Assembly: GCA_031367385.1 (NCBI GenBank) | Contig: JANLPS010000430.1 | Coordinates: 1-35,450, forward strand | Source: Archangium sp. | GTDB taxonomy: Bacteria; Myxococcota; Myxococcia; Myxococcales; Myxococcaceae | DNA length: 35,450 nt | Direction: 5' to 3' | The notes under the pieces: generated by a model | Database searches by the model: none | What the model saw: only the letters and a program-made list of their open reading frames with translations | Told to the model about the DNA's origin: nothing | Part shown: piece by piece, positions 22,101 to 29,430 of the stretch | Numbering within the stretch: position 1 is the stretch's first letter | How the letters are laid out: every line of letters starts with the position of its first letter | Translations under genes and position numbers: made by a program

Positions 22101-24367
22101 CCGAGTACCGTGTGTGGCGAGCCCGCTTCGGGGGCCGGCTGACGCGGCTTGAAGAAGAGTTCGCTTCGGCTTCACTCGGAGATGCGGCGCGTGCACAGAC
22201 CGTACGCCGCGCCCTTGCACTGGCCGCATTCATCAGCTTGGCGGTGGGCCTGGTACTGGTTTTTCGCGCCTACCGCAGTGCCGATGCGAGCGCTCACGAG
22301 GCGAAGAATCGGTTGCTCACTCTACGAATGGAGCAAGGTCGACTGGCGCTGCTCGATCAAAAACCGCTCGAGGCCGCAGCCTACTTAGCCGCGGGGAGCA
22401 CGCCCGTACCCTCACAGTCGTACCTCCACATGAAGAACTTCGCTGATTGGGTTGGTCGAGGTCGGCTCGGCATCAAACAAAAGAAAACTGGTCTGACGCG
22501 CCTAGCTGCTGCCCCCAGTCAGGCGGCCGTCGCGGCCATGGGCATTGGGGGAGGCTTGCTCGTCGATCTAACGAACGGGATGACGACCGACCTGCCTGCA
22601 GGAAATGGAGCCTATCTCAGCGAAAACCGTCTGCTCTTTGCGACGCGAGACACGTTTCTCACCGAAATGGTCGACGGCGGCTCACGACAGATCGAGGTCG
22701 GTCAGCCCATGTGGGAGGTCTTCCCTGGCGCTTCTGGGTGCGTTGGCATTGCGACCGCCATCGGGACGAAGGGGGTTGCTCTGGTGGACGACGCCCCTCT
22801 GGTTGTCATTCCCAATTCCAAATCACCGGTCATTACAACTCTCTGCTCTGCGAAGGGGCTTATCGTCGCATTCGCTGGTAAGCAGCCGGCCGACGACGCC
22901 TCTTTTCGTGGTCTCACGATTGTAGACCGCGGCAAGAAGCCCGAGAAGAGAACCACGCTATTCGGCAGCGAGGTCATCAACTCAGTCAGCTTTGCCGAAA
23001 ATGAGGACCTCTGGGTGGCAAGTTATGCTGGCGTTATTCGCAGGTTGCGTTCGACGGGTAAACTGCTTTGGGAAACAGCGATTCTCAAACCGACGCAACA
23101 GTTGCTCCCGAACCCCGCGGGCTCGCGGCTGGCAGTCCGCTCTGGCGGCGATGTTCTTATTCTTGATGCGAAGACAGGCAGGGTGACCCAAACGGTTTCA
23201 TTGTCTACCGAGACCTTGGTCGCAGTTCGATGGTCGAGTAACGACGAGGTCCTGGTCGGGCTAAAGAGCGGTGAGATTCAACGTGTCGATGCCGATCTGG
23301 GTCGAGTCGTATGGACGTATTACGGCTCGACAGATCCGGCGAGTGATCTGGTCGTGCTGCCACGGCAAGATCGTTTCGCCACTGTGACCAGGGACGGAAC
23401 GCTTTCGATCTTTGATGGCAAGACGAACGGTACCGCGAAGACCCTGGTACCGACAGGGGTTCTCGGTGCCTGGAGCAGCTCCAGCGGAGATTCGACTGTG
23501 TACGCGACCGCCGATGGGTGGTTCGAGTTGGCTTCGCACGAGCGCATTGCCGACGGGCTGACTCCGCATGGATCCACACTCGCAGCCGCGGTGACCACAC
23601 GAGTCATTGCCGTCGCAGACGCTGACACGCTCTCCCTCGTTGATCGCGGTACTCGGAAAGTTCTCTTCACTGCCAACCTCGAGGTGGCCCTCAATACCCT
23701 TTGGTTCGATCCGGCGACGCGAGTTGTCGCCGGTGATACCTATGATGGCCGCATAGTGGTCTTTGAACTTGCTCGACCACAACCGCGGTACTTGAGAGAC
23801 CCGAAACGTCAACTCACCGGGGGAGTCTTCACCAAGGACTCAAGCCATCTGGTCGTAGGCACCGATCGAGGCACCCTGCTTACTTACGGGTACCCGTCAT
23901 TGGCGTTTGAGAAGGAGACCCCCGCGCACAATGGGACCTCGGAGATTCGATTTCCCAGCGATACAGGGACAGTGTTTTCAGTCGGTTTCGACGGCGCGAT
24001 CATCGAGTGGGATCTGGAGGCAATGACTCAAGTCGGGGTGGTGAGCGGTCTCAAGGCCAAGCGCATAGGCGTTAGCAACGTCGTAGCCAAAGGCGAACTG
24101 CTGTCTGTCTATTTCAGCAGTGGGGAGTGGGTGGTTGTTCACCGCACCTCGAGCGTCGTGCAGTCACGGTTCACGTACCCATTTGACTTCGCAAGCGTCG
24201 CCGCTTCGCCCGATCATTCTTTGTTCTTCGCGGCGACACAGAAACGTCAGTTGGTGAGTGTGCCCGCGTGGGTGCCCACAGACTTCCCAACTTGCGCACC
24301 TACGTACGTACTCGAAGGCGATCAGCTCACTAAGAATACCGAATTGAGTACTTGCGAGTATCGTTGA
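19127..24367 (+). CDS. Hanks-type Ser/Thr kinase - STAND (nSTAND1-like) NTPase - transmembrane helix - WD40-like beta-propeller protein
   Basis: LGEGGGGDVY, VIK, VHRDVKPAN, DLG and GTPQYMSPEQ kinase motifs; PPYKGL..F...D...YFGRE, Walker A GPSGSGKSS, Walker B LLVVVDQFEE and VEIIHEALI..WPRL; hydrophobic ALALAAFISLAVGLVLVF at about 22211-22265; degenerate WD repeats (ATVTRDGTLSIFD, SVGFDGAIIEWD). Confidence 0.92.
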   Translation: MLGRTLGDFVVTQRLGEGGGGDVYRAEQVTLGREAVIKVMNRSAQSSGNGAERFLREARLASQLDHPFAAHVYGFGTEPDGVLWIAMELVRGTALNTVIREQGKIPLARFVPFFERLCEVLHAAHEQGIVHRDVKPANVMVISRAGRLMPKLLDLGIARRGPEITEQSRAMSGADTRSGTETGPFKSSPSQTLSTMLADSETLNITQEGMLVGTPQYMSPEQWSDASSADARSDIYSLSLLAYQAITGKTAFGGSSLRQLAMAHAAKPLPALPEGLPSEVYDVLAQGAAKLPEDRFATAIELGAALRAASGLGVEAFALPQLDEGLRENVLGEAPQPIAEAAALLESARTPKQQLEAVLMLRRVIIRYLAVLALACRGRVGPGSTGDAESVVRPLRALASGKLTDEAWLSLAKELCRPFAFRKGAYPLPELVELFFAGDSDAEVGAGFAAISAMDALDLPAKDAPDDVVHAALLKLVPAVGTVLQSMAFIFDYVLVVKHEDTERWMGARRARRVRQDLLAATMPPVGVPFLVDSVGLPALLLGPLLQVFSPGSGLADELFFLDGDGRHGARFVALPGPFEGQSRDLWAWFSQAGIDVSRSPEALAELDKPPYKGLSTFSPDDADNYFGREREAESFANRLRLSPLLAVIGPSGSGKSSFVLAGVLPLLPQGWRAIVTRPGATPFEALAQKLGLLAGGVTPEVVVASLRGGESLLVVVDQFEELVTLCGDLEVRQAFASMLVKMAEHQSGRLRVVLTCRDDFLIQIQQLAALRDRLSSVLQLLGTPAKEELLRVVTEPAARLGYGFDDQNLAKKMVDEVAEYPGALALLSFTASQLWELRDRHLHQMRAKTYEALGGVGGALGHHAEMTLAQMSVDEAKLVREAFRQLVTSQMTRAVLSRKEMLDILGDSPASKSVLEKLVLARLLVTSEDASGEDRVEIIHEALIVSWPRLVGWLREDAETARLRDSLRTSAKQWAERNKPSGLLWRKETLAEYRVWRARFGGRLTRLEEEFASASLGDAARAQTVRRALALAAFISLAVGLVLVFRAYRSADASAHEAKNRLLTLRMEQGRLALLDQKPLEAAAYLAAGSTPVPSQSYLHMKNFADWVGRGRLGIKQKKTGLTRLAAAPSQAAVAAMGIGGGLLVDLTNGMTTDLPAGNGAYLSENRLLFATRDTFLTEMVDGGSRQIEVGQPMWEVFPGASGCVGIATAIGTKGVALVDDAPLVVIPNSKSPVITTLCSAKGLIVAFAGKQPADDASFRGLTIVDRGKKPEKRTTLFGSEVINSVSFAENEDLWVASYAGVIRRLRSTGKLLWETAILKPTQQLLPNPAGSRLAVRSGGDVLILDAKTGRVTQTVSLSTETLVAVRWSSNDEVLVGLKSGEIQRVDADLGRVVWTYYGSTDPASDLVVLPRQDRFATVTRDGTLSIFDGKTNGTAKTLVPTGVLGAWSSSSGDSTVYATADGWFELASHERIADGLTPHGSTLAAAVTTRVIAVADADTLSLVDRGTRKVLFTANLEVALNTLWFDPATRVVAGDTYDGRIVVFELARPQPRYLRDPKRQLTGGVFTKDSSHLVVGTDRGTLLTYGYPSLAFEKETPAHNGTSEIRFPSDTGTVFSVGFDGAIIEWDLEAMTQVGVVSGLKAKRIGVSNVVAKGELLSVYFSSGEWVVVHRTSSVVQSRFTYPFDFASVAASPDHSLFFAATQKRQLVSVPAWVPTDFPTCAPTYVLEGDQLTKNTELSTCEYR

Positions 24368-24371
24368 TTTG

Positions 24372-24384
24372 TAAGCAATTGAAT
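24372..24384 (-). promoter_or_regulatory. IHF-like binding site (ATTCAA-TTGC-TTA)
   Basis: One mismatch to WATCAANNNNTTR within an AT-rich tract, about 30 nt upstream of a -24/-12 promoter. Confidence 0.4.
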
Positions 24385-24409
24385 TAATTGACGCGAAGGC
24401 CCGCTGTCT

Positions 24410-24426
24410 TTGGCCCAAATACTGCT
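24410..24426 (+). promoter_or_regulatory. Sigma54 (RpoN) -24/-12 promoter TTGGCCCAAATACTGCT
   Basis: GG(24412-13)-N10-GC(24424-25) with TGGC and TGCT flanks; predicted transcription start near 24437, ahead of the AGGAG RBS. Confidence 0.65.
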
Positions 24427-24462
24427 CCATTCTTATCGCAGCCCAACCCAAGGAGAATTTTG

Positions 24463-24567
24463 ATGAAACTTAAGCCCCTGAATCTGAAACTGATCAAAAC
24501 CCTCAACAACGGCGAGCTCAAGAACGTCGTTGGGGGCGTAGCTACCGGGTCCTGCTGCGGCGCGTAA
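24463..24567 (+). CDS. 34-aa double-glycine-leader precursor peptide MKLKPLNLKLIKTLNNGELKNVVGG-VATGSCCGA (putative RiPP or signalling peptide)
   Basis: AGGAG RBS at 24451-24455, 7 nt before the ATG; L-x-x-x-E-L-x-x-V-x-G-G leader motif; 9-aa core with Thr, Ser and Cys-Cys; terminator directly after; too short for the ORF track. Confidence 0.85.
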   Translation: MKLKPLNLKLIKTLNNGELKNVVGGVATGSCCGA

Positions 24568-24591
24568 GCCGAGCACTTAGACAATCGAGAC

Positions 24592-24626
24592 AACCCCTGG
24601 CTCTCTTGGGAGCCGGGGGGTTTTCT
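24592..24626 (+). terminator. Intrinsic terminator after the peptide gene
   Basis: CCCCTGGCTC-TCTTGG-GAGCCGGGGG hairpin followed by GTTTTCT. Confidence 0.8.
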
Positions 24627-24672
24627 ATTGCCCACGTCAATTGGCAGCGCGGGCTCGGGTTACTGCACCTGG

Positions 24673-25617
24673 CTACAGCCCCGGCACATCGACGCAGTCG
24701 CTCGCGTTGCCCGAGGTCATGCCACCCAGCCAGTCTTGCTTGAAGTAGGTCACGGTGAACGCTGCGTCCCAGCACTCGGTTTGGCTTGCGCCGGCCAGCG
24801 TACCCGTTTGAATCGACCCGACCGACCGGCCCGCGCCGCTGGGCAACCACATCGCGTTGATCTTGCTCGATGAGATCTGCGCATTGTCGGGAGTCGAGAT
24901 TAGAAACTGCAGCGCCCCCGACGCGTCGGCCAATTCACGCGAGGTGTACCCGATCTTCGAGAGCCCCGACGCGTTGCCCGAGCTGAACGTGAACAGCATC
25001 GCCACCGTGTTGGGGAAGACGTCGGTCGCGTACGACACCGAGATCTCGTCGAGCGCCTCGAGGCCCGCGTCGATCTTGATCTTCGACTTGAAGTCTTTGA
25101 TGTGCACGGCGAACGAGCCTTGCCCGCGCGTCAGGCTCATCGTCGGGTTGAACGCTCCAGAGACAATCGAGAAGAAGTCTTCACCAATCTTGTGCGAGTC
25201 GAGCGACCAGGTGAATGACGCGTCGTCGGTCTGGGTGATGACGAGCCGAAACTCGAAGCCCGGGTTGTTCGTGTCGGCGTACGGCCCCCAAATTCTCGAG
25301 CTCGTCGCGCGTGTCGTCGGAGGGTATTTTCGAATCGCATCGACCGCCCCGAGAATGTTGTCGATCATGCCGTTGAAGTCGCTCTTCGCCTTCTTGGCGT
25401 CGGCATAGGCCGTCGAGGGGTCACCGACCGAGAGCCCGTCACGGCGCGTCTCGACCCCAGTCAGCGGGGCGCTCGAGGTGGTGCTGGTCGGCAACTTCGA
25501 TTTGAGCAGGTCGCGGTCGGGCAGGGCGTTCGCGAAGTCGAGGTCTCGATTCGACCAATTGCCGCCACAGGCCGTCGCCAACACCACTGCGCTGAAAATC
25601 AGAGCTCGCATCGTCAT
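24673..25617 (-). CDS. Lipoprotein, paralog of 28474..29430
   Basis: Lipobox ATA-C-GG; ATG overlaps the caspase gene TGA; YPPT, WGP, GAGR and TECWD motifs plus a terminal Cys. Confidence 0.85.
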   Translation of the reverse strand: MTMRALIFSAVVLATACGGNWSNRDLDFANALPDRDLLKSKLPTSTTSSAPLTGVETRRDGLSVGDPSTAYADAKKAKSDFNGMIDNILGAVDAIRKYPPTTRATSSRIWGPYADTNNPGFEFRLVITQTDDASFTWSLDSHKIGEDFFSIVSGAFNPTMSLTRGQGSFAVHIKDFKSKIKIDAGLEALDEISVSYATDVFPNTVAMLFTFSSGNASGLSKIGYTSRELADASGALQFLISTPDNAQISSSKINAMWLPSGAGRSVGSIQTGTLAGASQTECWDAAFTVTYFKQDWLGGMTSGNASDCVDVPGL

Positions 25618-27215
25618 CACTCCCGAAACTCGTAATCGAGCAGCAAGCCAACTTCGGCGTACCCCAGGTTTCGCGTCTCATCGACGTTGTACAAGAGGTA
25701 GTGAACCCGCGCCCGCGCCACGGCCGAAAAGCTGGTGCTGATGCGGTACTTGAGGCCCCCCGACAGCCCGGGGCTCATCGTGGTGAAGGTCTGCGCCGCC
25801 ACGGTCGACCCCGTAAAGGTGCGCGACATCACGTTGATCGCGAGGTGAAAGCCGACGAACGGTATCCACCTGCCCTGCGAATTCCACTCGTAGAAGAGCG
25901 CTGCCCCGAGGCTGAGTATCGAATACGTGTAGGCAAGCCCGGTCTGGTACGCGGTGTTCACGCTGCCGCTCGACCACCCGTAGAGCACGTCGCCGCTCAG
26001 CCCGAAGCCCTTGCCGAAGAAGTTGTGCATCGAGATCTCGCCGCCCACCAACGGAGCGGAAGGAAAGTACCCCCCCGCCGTGGTTGGCCGGTCGAACACC
26101 GCCTGGTACGCGCCCGAGGCCGAGACGCTCCAGTGCCGGCTGAACGACGAGCTGATGCCGGTGCCCTTGACCGGGTCGTCGCTGAACTTCGCGTCGCGAA
26201 AGGCGGCCTCGTTGAGCACGGTCACTTCGCCGTCGCGCACCGCGAAACCTCCGATTCGCAAGCGGTCGGGCAAGCGGCGTTTCACCACGTAGGCGCCCGG
26301 AGGCAGCGCGATGATGCGCTCCGCGTCACCTTTGATCAGCTCGGCGACCACCACTCCGCGAGGGTCGATCAAAAAGTACGTGCCCTTGGGGGCGGTCGCT
26401 GGCACGCGCAGGCCCTCTTTGCGTTGCACCACGTCGGTGAGCACGAGGTCTCCGTTACCGGCGAGGTCGAAGCTGAAGGTGGGGTGCTGTGGGCCACCCG
26501 AGCTGTCGGCCGTCGAGGCGACCGTGCGCTCGTAGGCGTAGGCATAGGCCTCTGACAACGAGACGCGGCCATCGACGTTCTGGTCAGCGCTCCCAATGAG
26601 CCCGGTGGCGAGGTGGTACGAGAAGTACGAAGCACCGATCAGGTCTGACTCCTGCGAGTCTTCATCGCTCGCGCTCGACGTGAGAATCACCAACCCCTTC
26701 GCGGCGCGGGTCGCATCGGTCTCGACCTCGAACGCTGGCGCTTTTCGCACCCCCTTGGTTCGGGTCATCGCCCCCGAGCGGCAGGCATCGAACACCGCCA
26801 CCCGAATGTCGGCCGGGCCTTGCGCGAGCCGGGCCTTGACCGACTCCATCGGCAACTTCGAGCCGCCCAGTCGCAGCGAGCCCTCTTTGGCGTGACCTGA
26901 ATAGTAGAAGAAGAACGCGGTTCGCTCGCCCCGGGCCCGCGCGTCACGCGACATTCGCTCGAGCTCACCGAGCGCGGTCAACACGTCGTCGGCAGAATCA
27001 TCGAGCAGCAGCATCGCGTCTTCAGCCCTCACGCCTCCGAGGCGCACCAGCACGTCGTGCAGCCGGGTCGCGTCGTCGCGCGAATAGAGGAGCGTGCGCG
27101 TGCCTTCTCCGCCCTCGTTGTTGCCGACGAAGAGCGCGAAACGATGCACCGGGCCGACGGGCGTCTCACCCGCGGCCACCGAAGCGGCCAACACCAGTGG
27201 GAGAATTTTGATCAC
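25617..27215 (-). CDS. Secreted caspase-like protease (peptidase C14) with a probable C-terminal outer-membrane beta-barrel
   Basis: Signal peptide; RFALFVGNN, YYSGH and FDACRSG (His-Cys dyad), SQES and QHP motifs; alternating amphipathic strands ending LLLDYEFRE. Confidence 0.88.
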   Translation of the reverse strand: MIKILPLVLAASVAAGETPVGPVHRFALFVGNNEGGEGTRTLLYSRDDATRLHDVLVRLGGVRAEDAMLLLDDSADDVLTALGELERMSRDARARGERTAFFFYYSGHAKEGSLRLGGSKLPMESVKARLAQGPADIRVAVFDACRSGAMTRTKGVRKAPAFEVETDATRAAKGLVILTSSASDEDSQESDLIGASYFSYHLATGLIGSADQNVDGRVSLSEAYAYAYERTVASTADSSGGPQHPTFSFDLAGNGDLVLTDVVQRKEGLRVPATAPKGTYFLIDPRGVVVAELIKGDAERIIALPPGAYVVKRRLPDRLRIGGFAVRDGEVTVLNEAAFRDAKFSDDPVKGTGISSSFSRHWSVSASGAYQAVFDRPTTAGGYFPSAPLVGGEISMHNFFGKGFGLSGDVLYGWSSGSVNTAYQTGLAYTYSILSLGAALFYEWNSQGRWIPFVGFHLAINVMSRTFTGSTVAAQTFTTMSPGLSGGLKYRISTSFSAVARARVHYLLYNVDETRNLGYAEVGLLLDYEFRE

Positions 27216-27922
27216 GGCTTGAGAAACGTGCGCTGAAATTGCTCTCCGGGAAGCTCGAGGTCGGTCATTCGCGCCACGTCTCCGTGGGCGGCGTCGTACG
27301 CGGTTTTCGCGGCCTGCGAAACGGTGTCGAGCGTGAGCGGTGATTGGCTCAGCACGACCACCAGTCGCTCGAGGCCTTGCCCCGTGAATTCGAGGCTGTC
27401 GGGCAACCAGGCGGTGCCGTTGACGCTCAGGCTGCGCCCGTTCTCGAGGTAAATCGGGGTCACCATGCCCCGCTCATCGATGCTCACCACCATCGCGTAC
27501 CGCCACACGCCCGCCGTCAGGCCAACCCTGACCCGTTCTCCCGGAGCCAGCGCCTCGGGCTCGCCCGCCGCCTGCCGCTGACCACCACCACCCGCCACCA
27601 CCAGGTCTACCGAGGCGCCGCCTTTGACCCGGTTGGTGGTCGTCTCTGACGAGCGCGACACCGCGAAGACCAAGGCCAGCGTCGCAGCCAGCGCCAGCCC
27701 CACCGTCACCGCGCGGCGTACGGGCCTGGCCGTGCGCTGCTTCACTCCGGCGGCGAAGCGCTCGAAGGGCAGCGCCTGCTCGAGCTCGCCTTGCTCGGCG
27801 ACGAACGAATGCACCTTCGCCGCGCACGCCGGGCAAAGCGCCACGTGCGCCTGCACCTCGTCACCGACCGCTTCACCCGCGTGCAGCCGGCGCAGCGTCA
27901 ACATCGAAGGGTGTTCGCTCAT
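27212..27922 (-). CDS. Membrane-anchored anti-sigma factor (zf-HC2/ZAS N-terminus, DUF4384-like C-terminus)
   Basis: H...HVALCPAC ZAS motif, one TM helix, R(V)KG and LAPGERVR motifs; overlaps the sigma gene. Confidence 0.82.
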   Translation of the reverse strand: MSEHPSMLTLRRLHAGEAVGDEVQAHVALCPACAAKVHSFVAEQGELEQALPFERFAAGVKQRTARPVRRAVTVGLALAATLALVFAVSRSSETTTNRVKGGASVDLVVAGGGGQRQAAGEPEALAPGERVRVGLTAGVWRYAMVVSIDERGMVTPIYLENGRSLSVNGTAWLPDSLEFTGQGLERLVVVLSQSPLTLDTVSQAAKTAYDAAHGDVARMTDLELPGEQFQRTFLKP

Positions 27923-28464
27923 GGTTCGGCTCCCACATCATCGCGCAGCGAAATCGAGGTCTGGTCTGCGAACGCTCGCAGGCGCTTGCGAATCGTCGGC
28001 ACCGAGCGCTCGAGCAGGGCGGCGACTTCTTCCAACGTCATTTCATCGAGGTAGTAGTGCACCACCGCCGATTGGGTCTCGAGGTCGAAGGCCTTGAGCG
28101 AGCGCTGCACCACGTCTCTCGCCTCGAGCATCTCTGTGCCGCCGTGCCCTTCACCACGCACCACCTGGGCCTGCTCGTACTGATCGTGCCAGGCTGCTTT
28201 TTCACCGCGCAGCACGTTGAGGCAGTGGTGCGTGGCAATCTTCAGCAGCCAGGTCAGCGGAGACGATTCACCGCGAAAGCGCCGCTCATTGATGATCGCC
28301 TTCGCGAATACGTCTTGCATGGCGTCCTCCGCCGCGTGCCCGTTTTTCAACAAGAAGCGGCACCTCCCAAACACCGCGCCGCCATATTTCGCGTACAGCT
28401 CCTCGAGCCACGCTCGGCCCGAACGTTGACCACCGTCGATGACGCCGAGCGCGCTTGGGGGCAT
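27919..28464 (-). CDS. ECF-family RNA polymerase sigma factor
   Basis: AEDAMQDVF, FRGESSPLTWLLKIATHHCLN (region 2) and MTLEEVAALLERSVPTIRKRL (region 4). Confidence 0.93.
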   Translation of the reverse strand: MPPSALGVIDGGQRSGRAWLEELYAKYGGAVFGRCRFLLKNGHAAEDAMQDVFAKAIINERRFRGESSPLTWLLKIATHHCLNVLRGEKAAWHDQYEQAQVVRGEGHGGTEMLEARDVVQRSLKAFDLETQSAVVHYYLDEMTLEEVAALLERSVPTIRKRLRAFADQTSISLRDDVGAEP

Positions 28465-28473
28465 GAGCCGACT

Positions 28474-29430
28474 TTACGGCGTCGCGTACTCAGCAGAAGA
28501 AAATGCACACACGCTGGCCGCCCCGTAGTTGCCGGTGGTCTGGTAGCTCGCCAACAGGTAGCGCGAGGCGAAGTTCGTGTCCCAGCACTCGGTGATGGTG
28601 GCGGCGGTCTCGAGGTCTCCCTGCGACACCTTCACGTCGGCCCGGCCCGCGCCGGTTTGCTGCCAGCGGCTGCGCACGTCGAGCTGCTCGATCTTCGCCG
28701 CGCCGTAGAAGTCTTTGTTCGCCGAGAACTCGAGGGAGCCGCCGTTGCCCGGCTGCTCGGTGTACTTGTACTTCGACGAAATCAGCTTGCCGCTGTCACC
28801 ATCGCGCACGTTGGTGAACAGCGCGTCGACGGTCACGTTCGCGCTCGCCGAGACCTTCGAATACGTCACCTTCGCAGTGCCTACGTTCTGGTCGTGCTCG
28901 GGCAACTGCTGCGCCTGATCCCAATCGATCAGAAAGTCTCCGCTGCCGATCTTGGCCCCCGTCGAATGGTGTGTGCCAGAGAGAATGACCCGAAACGCCG
29001 AGTCGGGCTCGTTTTTGCCCTTGCCGACCAGCGAATACGAATAGACGTCTTTCTCGACCTGGGTGACCGTCATCTTCCACGTATTGGGTGAGAGCGCGTC
29101 GGTGTGGGGGCCCCAGGTGGCCGACGTGGCGGTGGTGGTGGTCGGCGGGTACTCGGTGATCTTCTCGACCAGCACCAGCGTCGCGGCCACGCCGGTGTTC
29201 ACCAGCACGGTGACGCCACGGGTAAAGCCATAGAACGCCGCCGTGTCGCCCTCGAGGCCATCGCGCTTGGTGCCTTCACCGGTCAGCGGCTGTTGGGCCG
29301 CTCCGGGTACTTTCATCTCGACCGCGCCCGACGCGGGCACGCCATTTCGAAATTCGTCGGCGCCATCGGCATGCAGCCCGCCGCACCCACAGACCGCCAT
29401 CACCACCACCGCTGAGAAGAGTTGTTTCAT
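28474..29430 (-). CDS. Lipoprotein, paralog of 24673..25617
   Basis: MKQLFSAVVVMAVCG-C-GG lipobox; YPPT, WGP, GAGRAD and TECWD motifs plus a terminal Cys. Confidence 0.85.
   Translation of the reverse strand: MKQLFSAVVVMAVCGCGGLHADGADEFRNGVPASGAVEMKVPGAAQQPLTGEGTKRDGLEGDTAAFYGFTRGVTVLVNTGVAATLVLVEKITEYPPTTTTATSATWGPHTDALSPNTWKMTVTQVEKDVYSYSLVGKGKNEPDSAFRVILSGTHHSTGAKIGSGDFLIDWDQAQQLPEHDQNVGTAKVTYSKVSASANVTVDALFTNVRDGDSGKLISSKYKYTEQPGNGGSLEFSANKDFYGAAKIEQLDVRSRWQQTGAGRADVKVSQGDLETAATITECWDTNFASRYLLASYQTTGNYGAASVCAFSSAEYATP

Noticed and set aside
19127..24367. Kinase as a class III/IV lanthipeptide synthetase for the downstream peptide
   Set aside because: No N-terminal lyase or LanC-like cyclase domain; the architecture is kinase-STAND-TM-WD40.
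19127..24367. Avs-type antiphage STAND defence system
   Set aside because: Not excluded, but there is no nuclease, TIR or SIR2 effector, no TPR sensor and no defence-island context, and a TM helix precedes the propeller. Signalling is more parsimonious.
24673..27215. Caspase plus bacterial gasdermin cell-death module
   Set aside because: The caspase has a signal peptide and its neighbours are lipobox lipoproteins with an ECF/anti-sigma pair; no gasdermin-like ORF was recognised.
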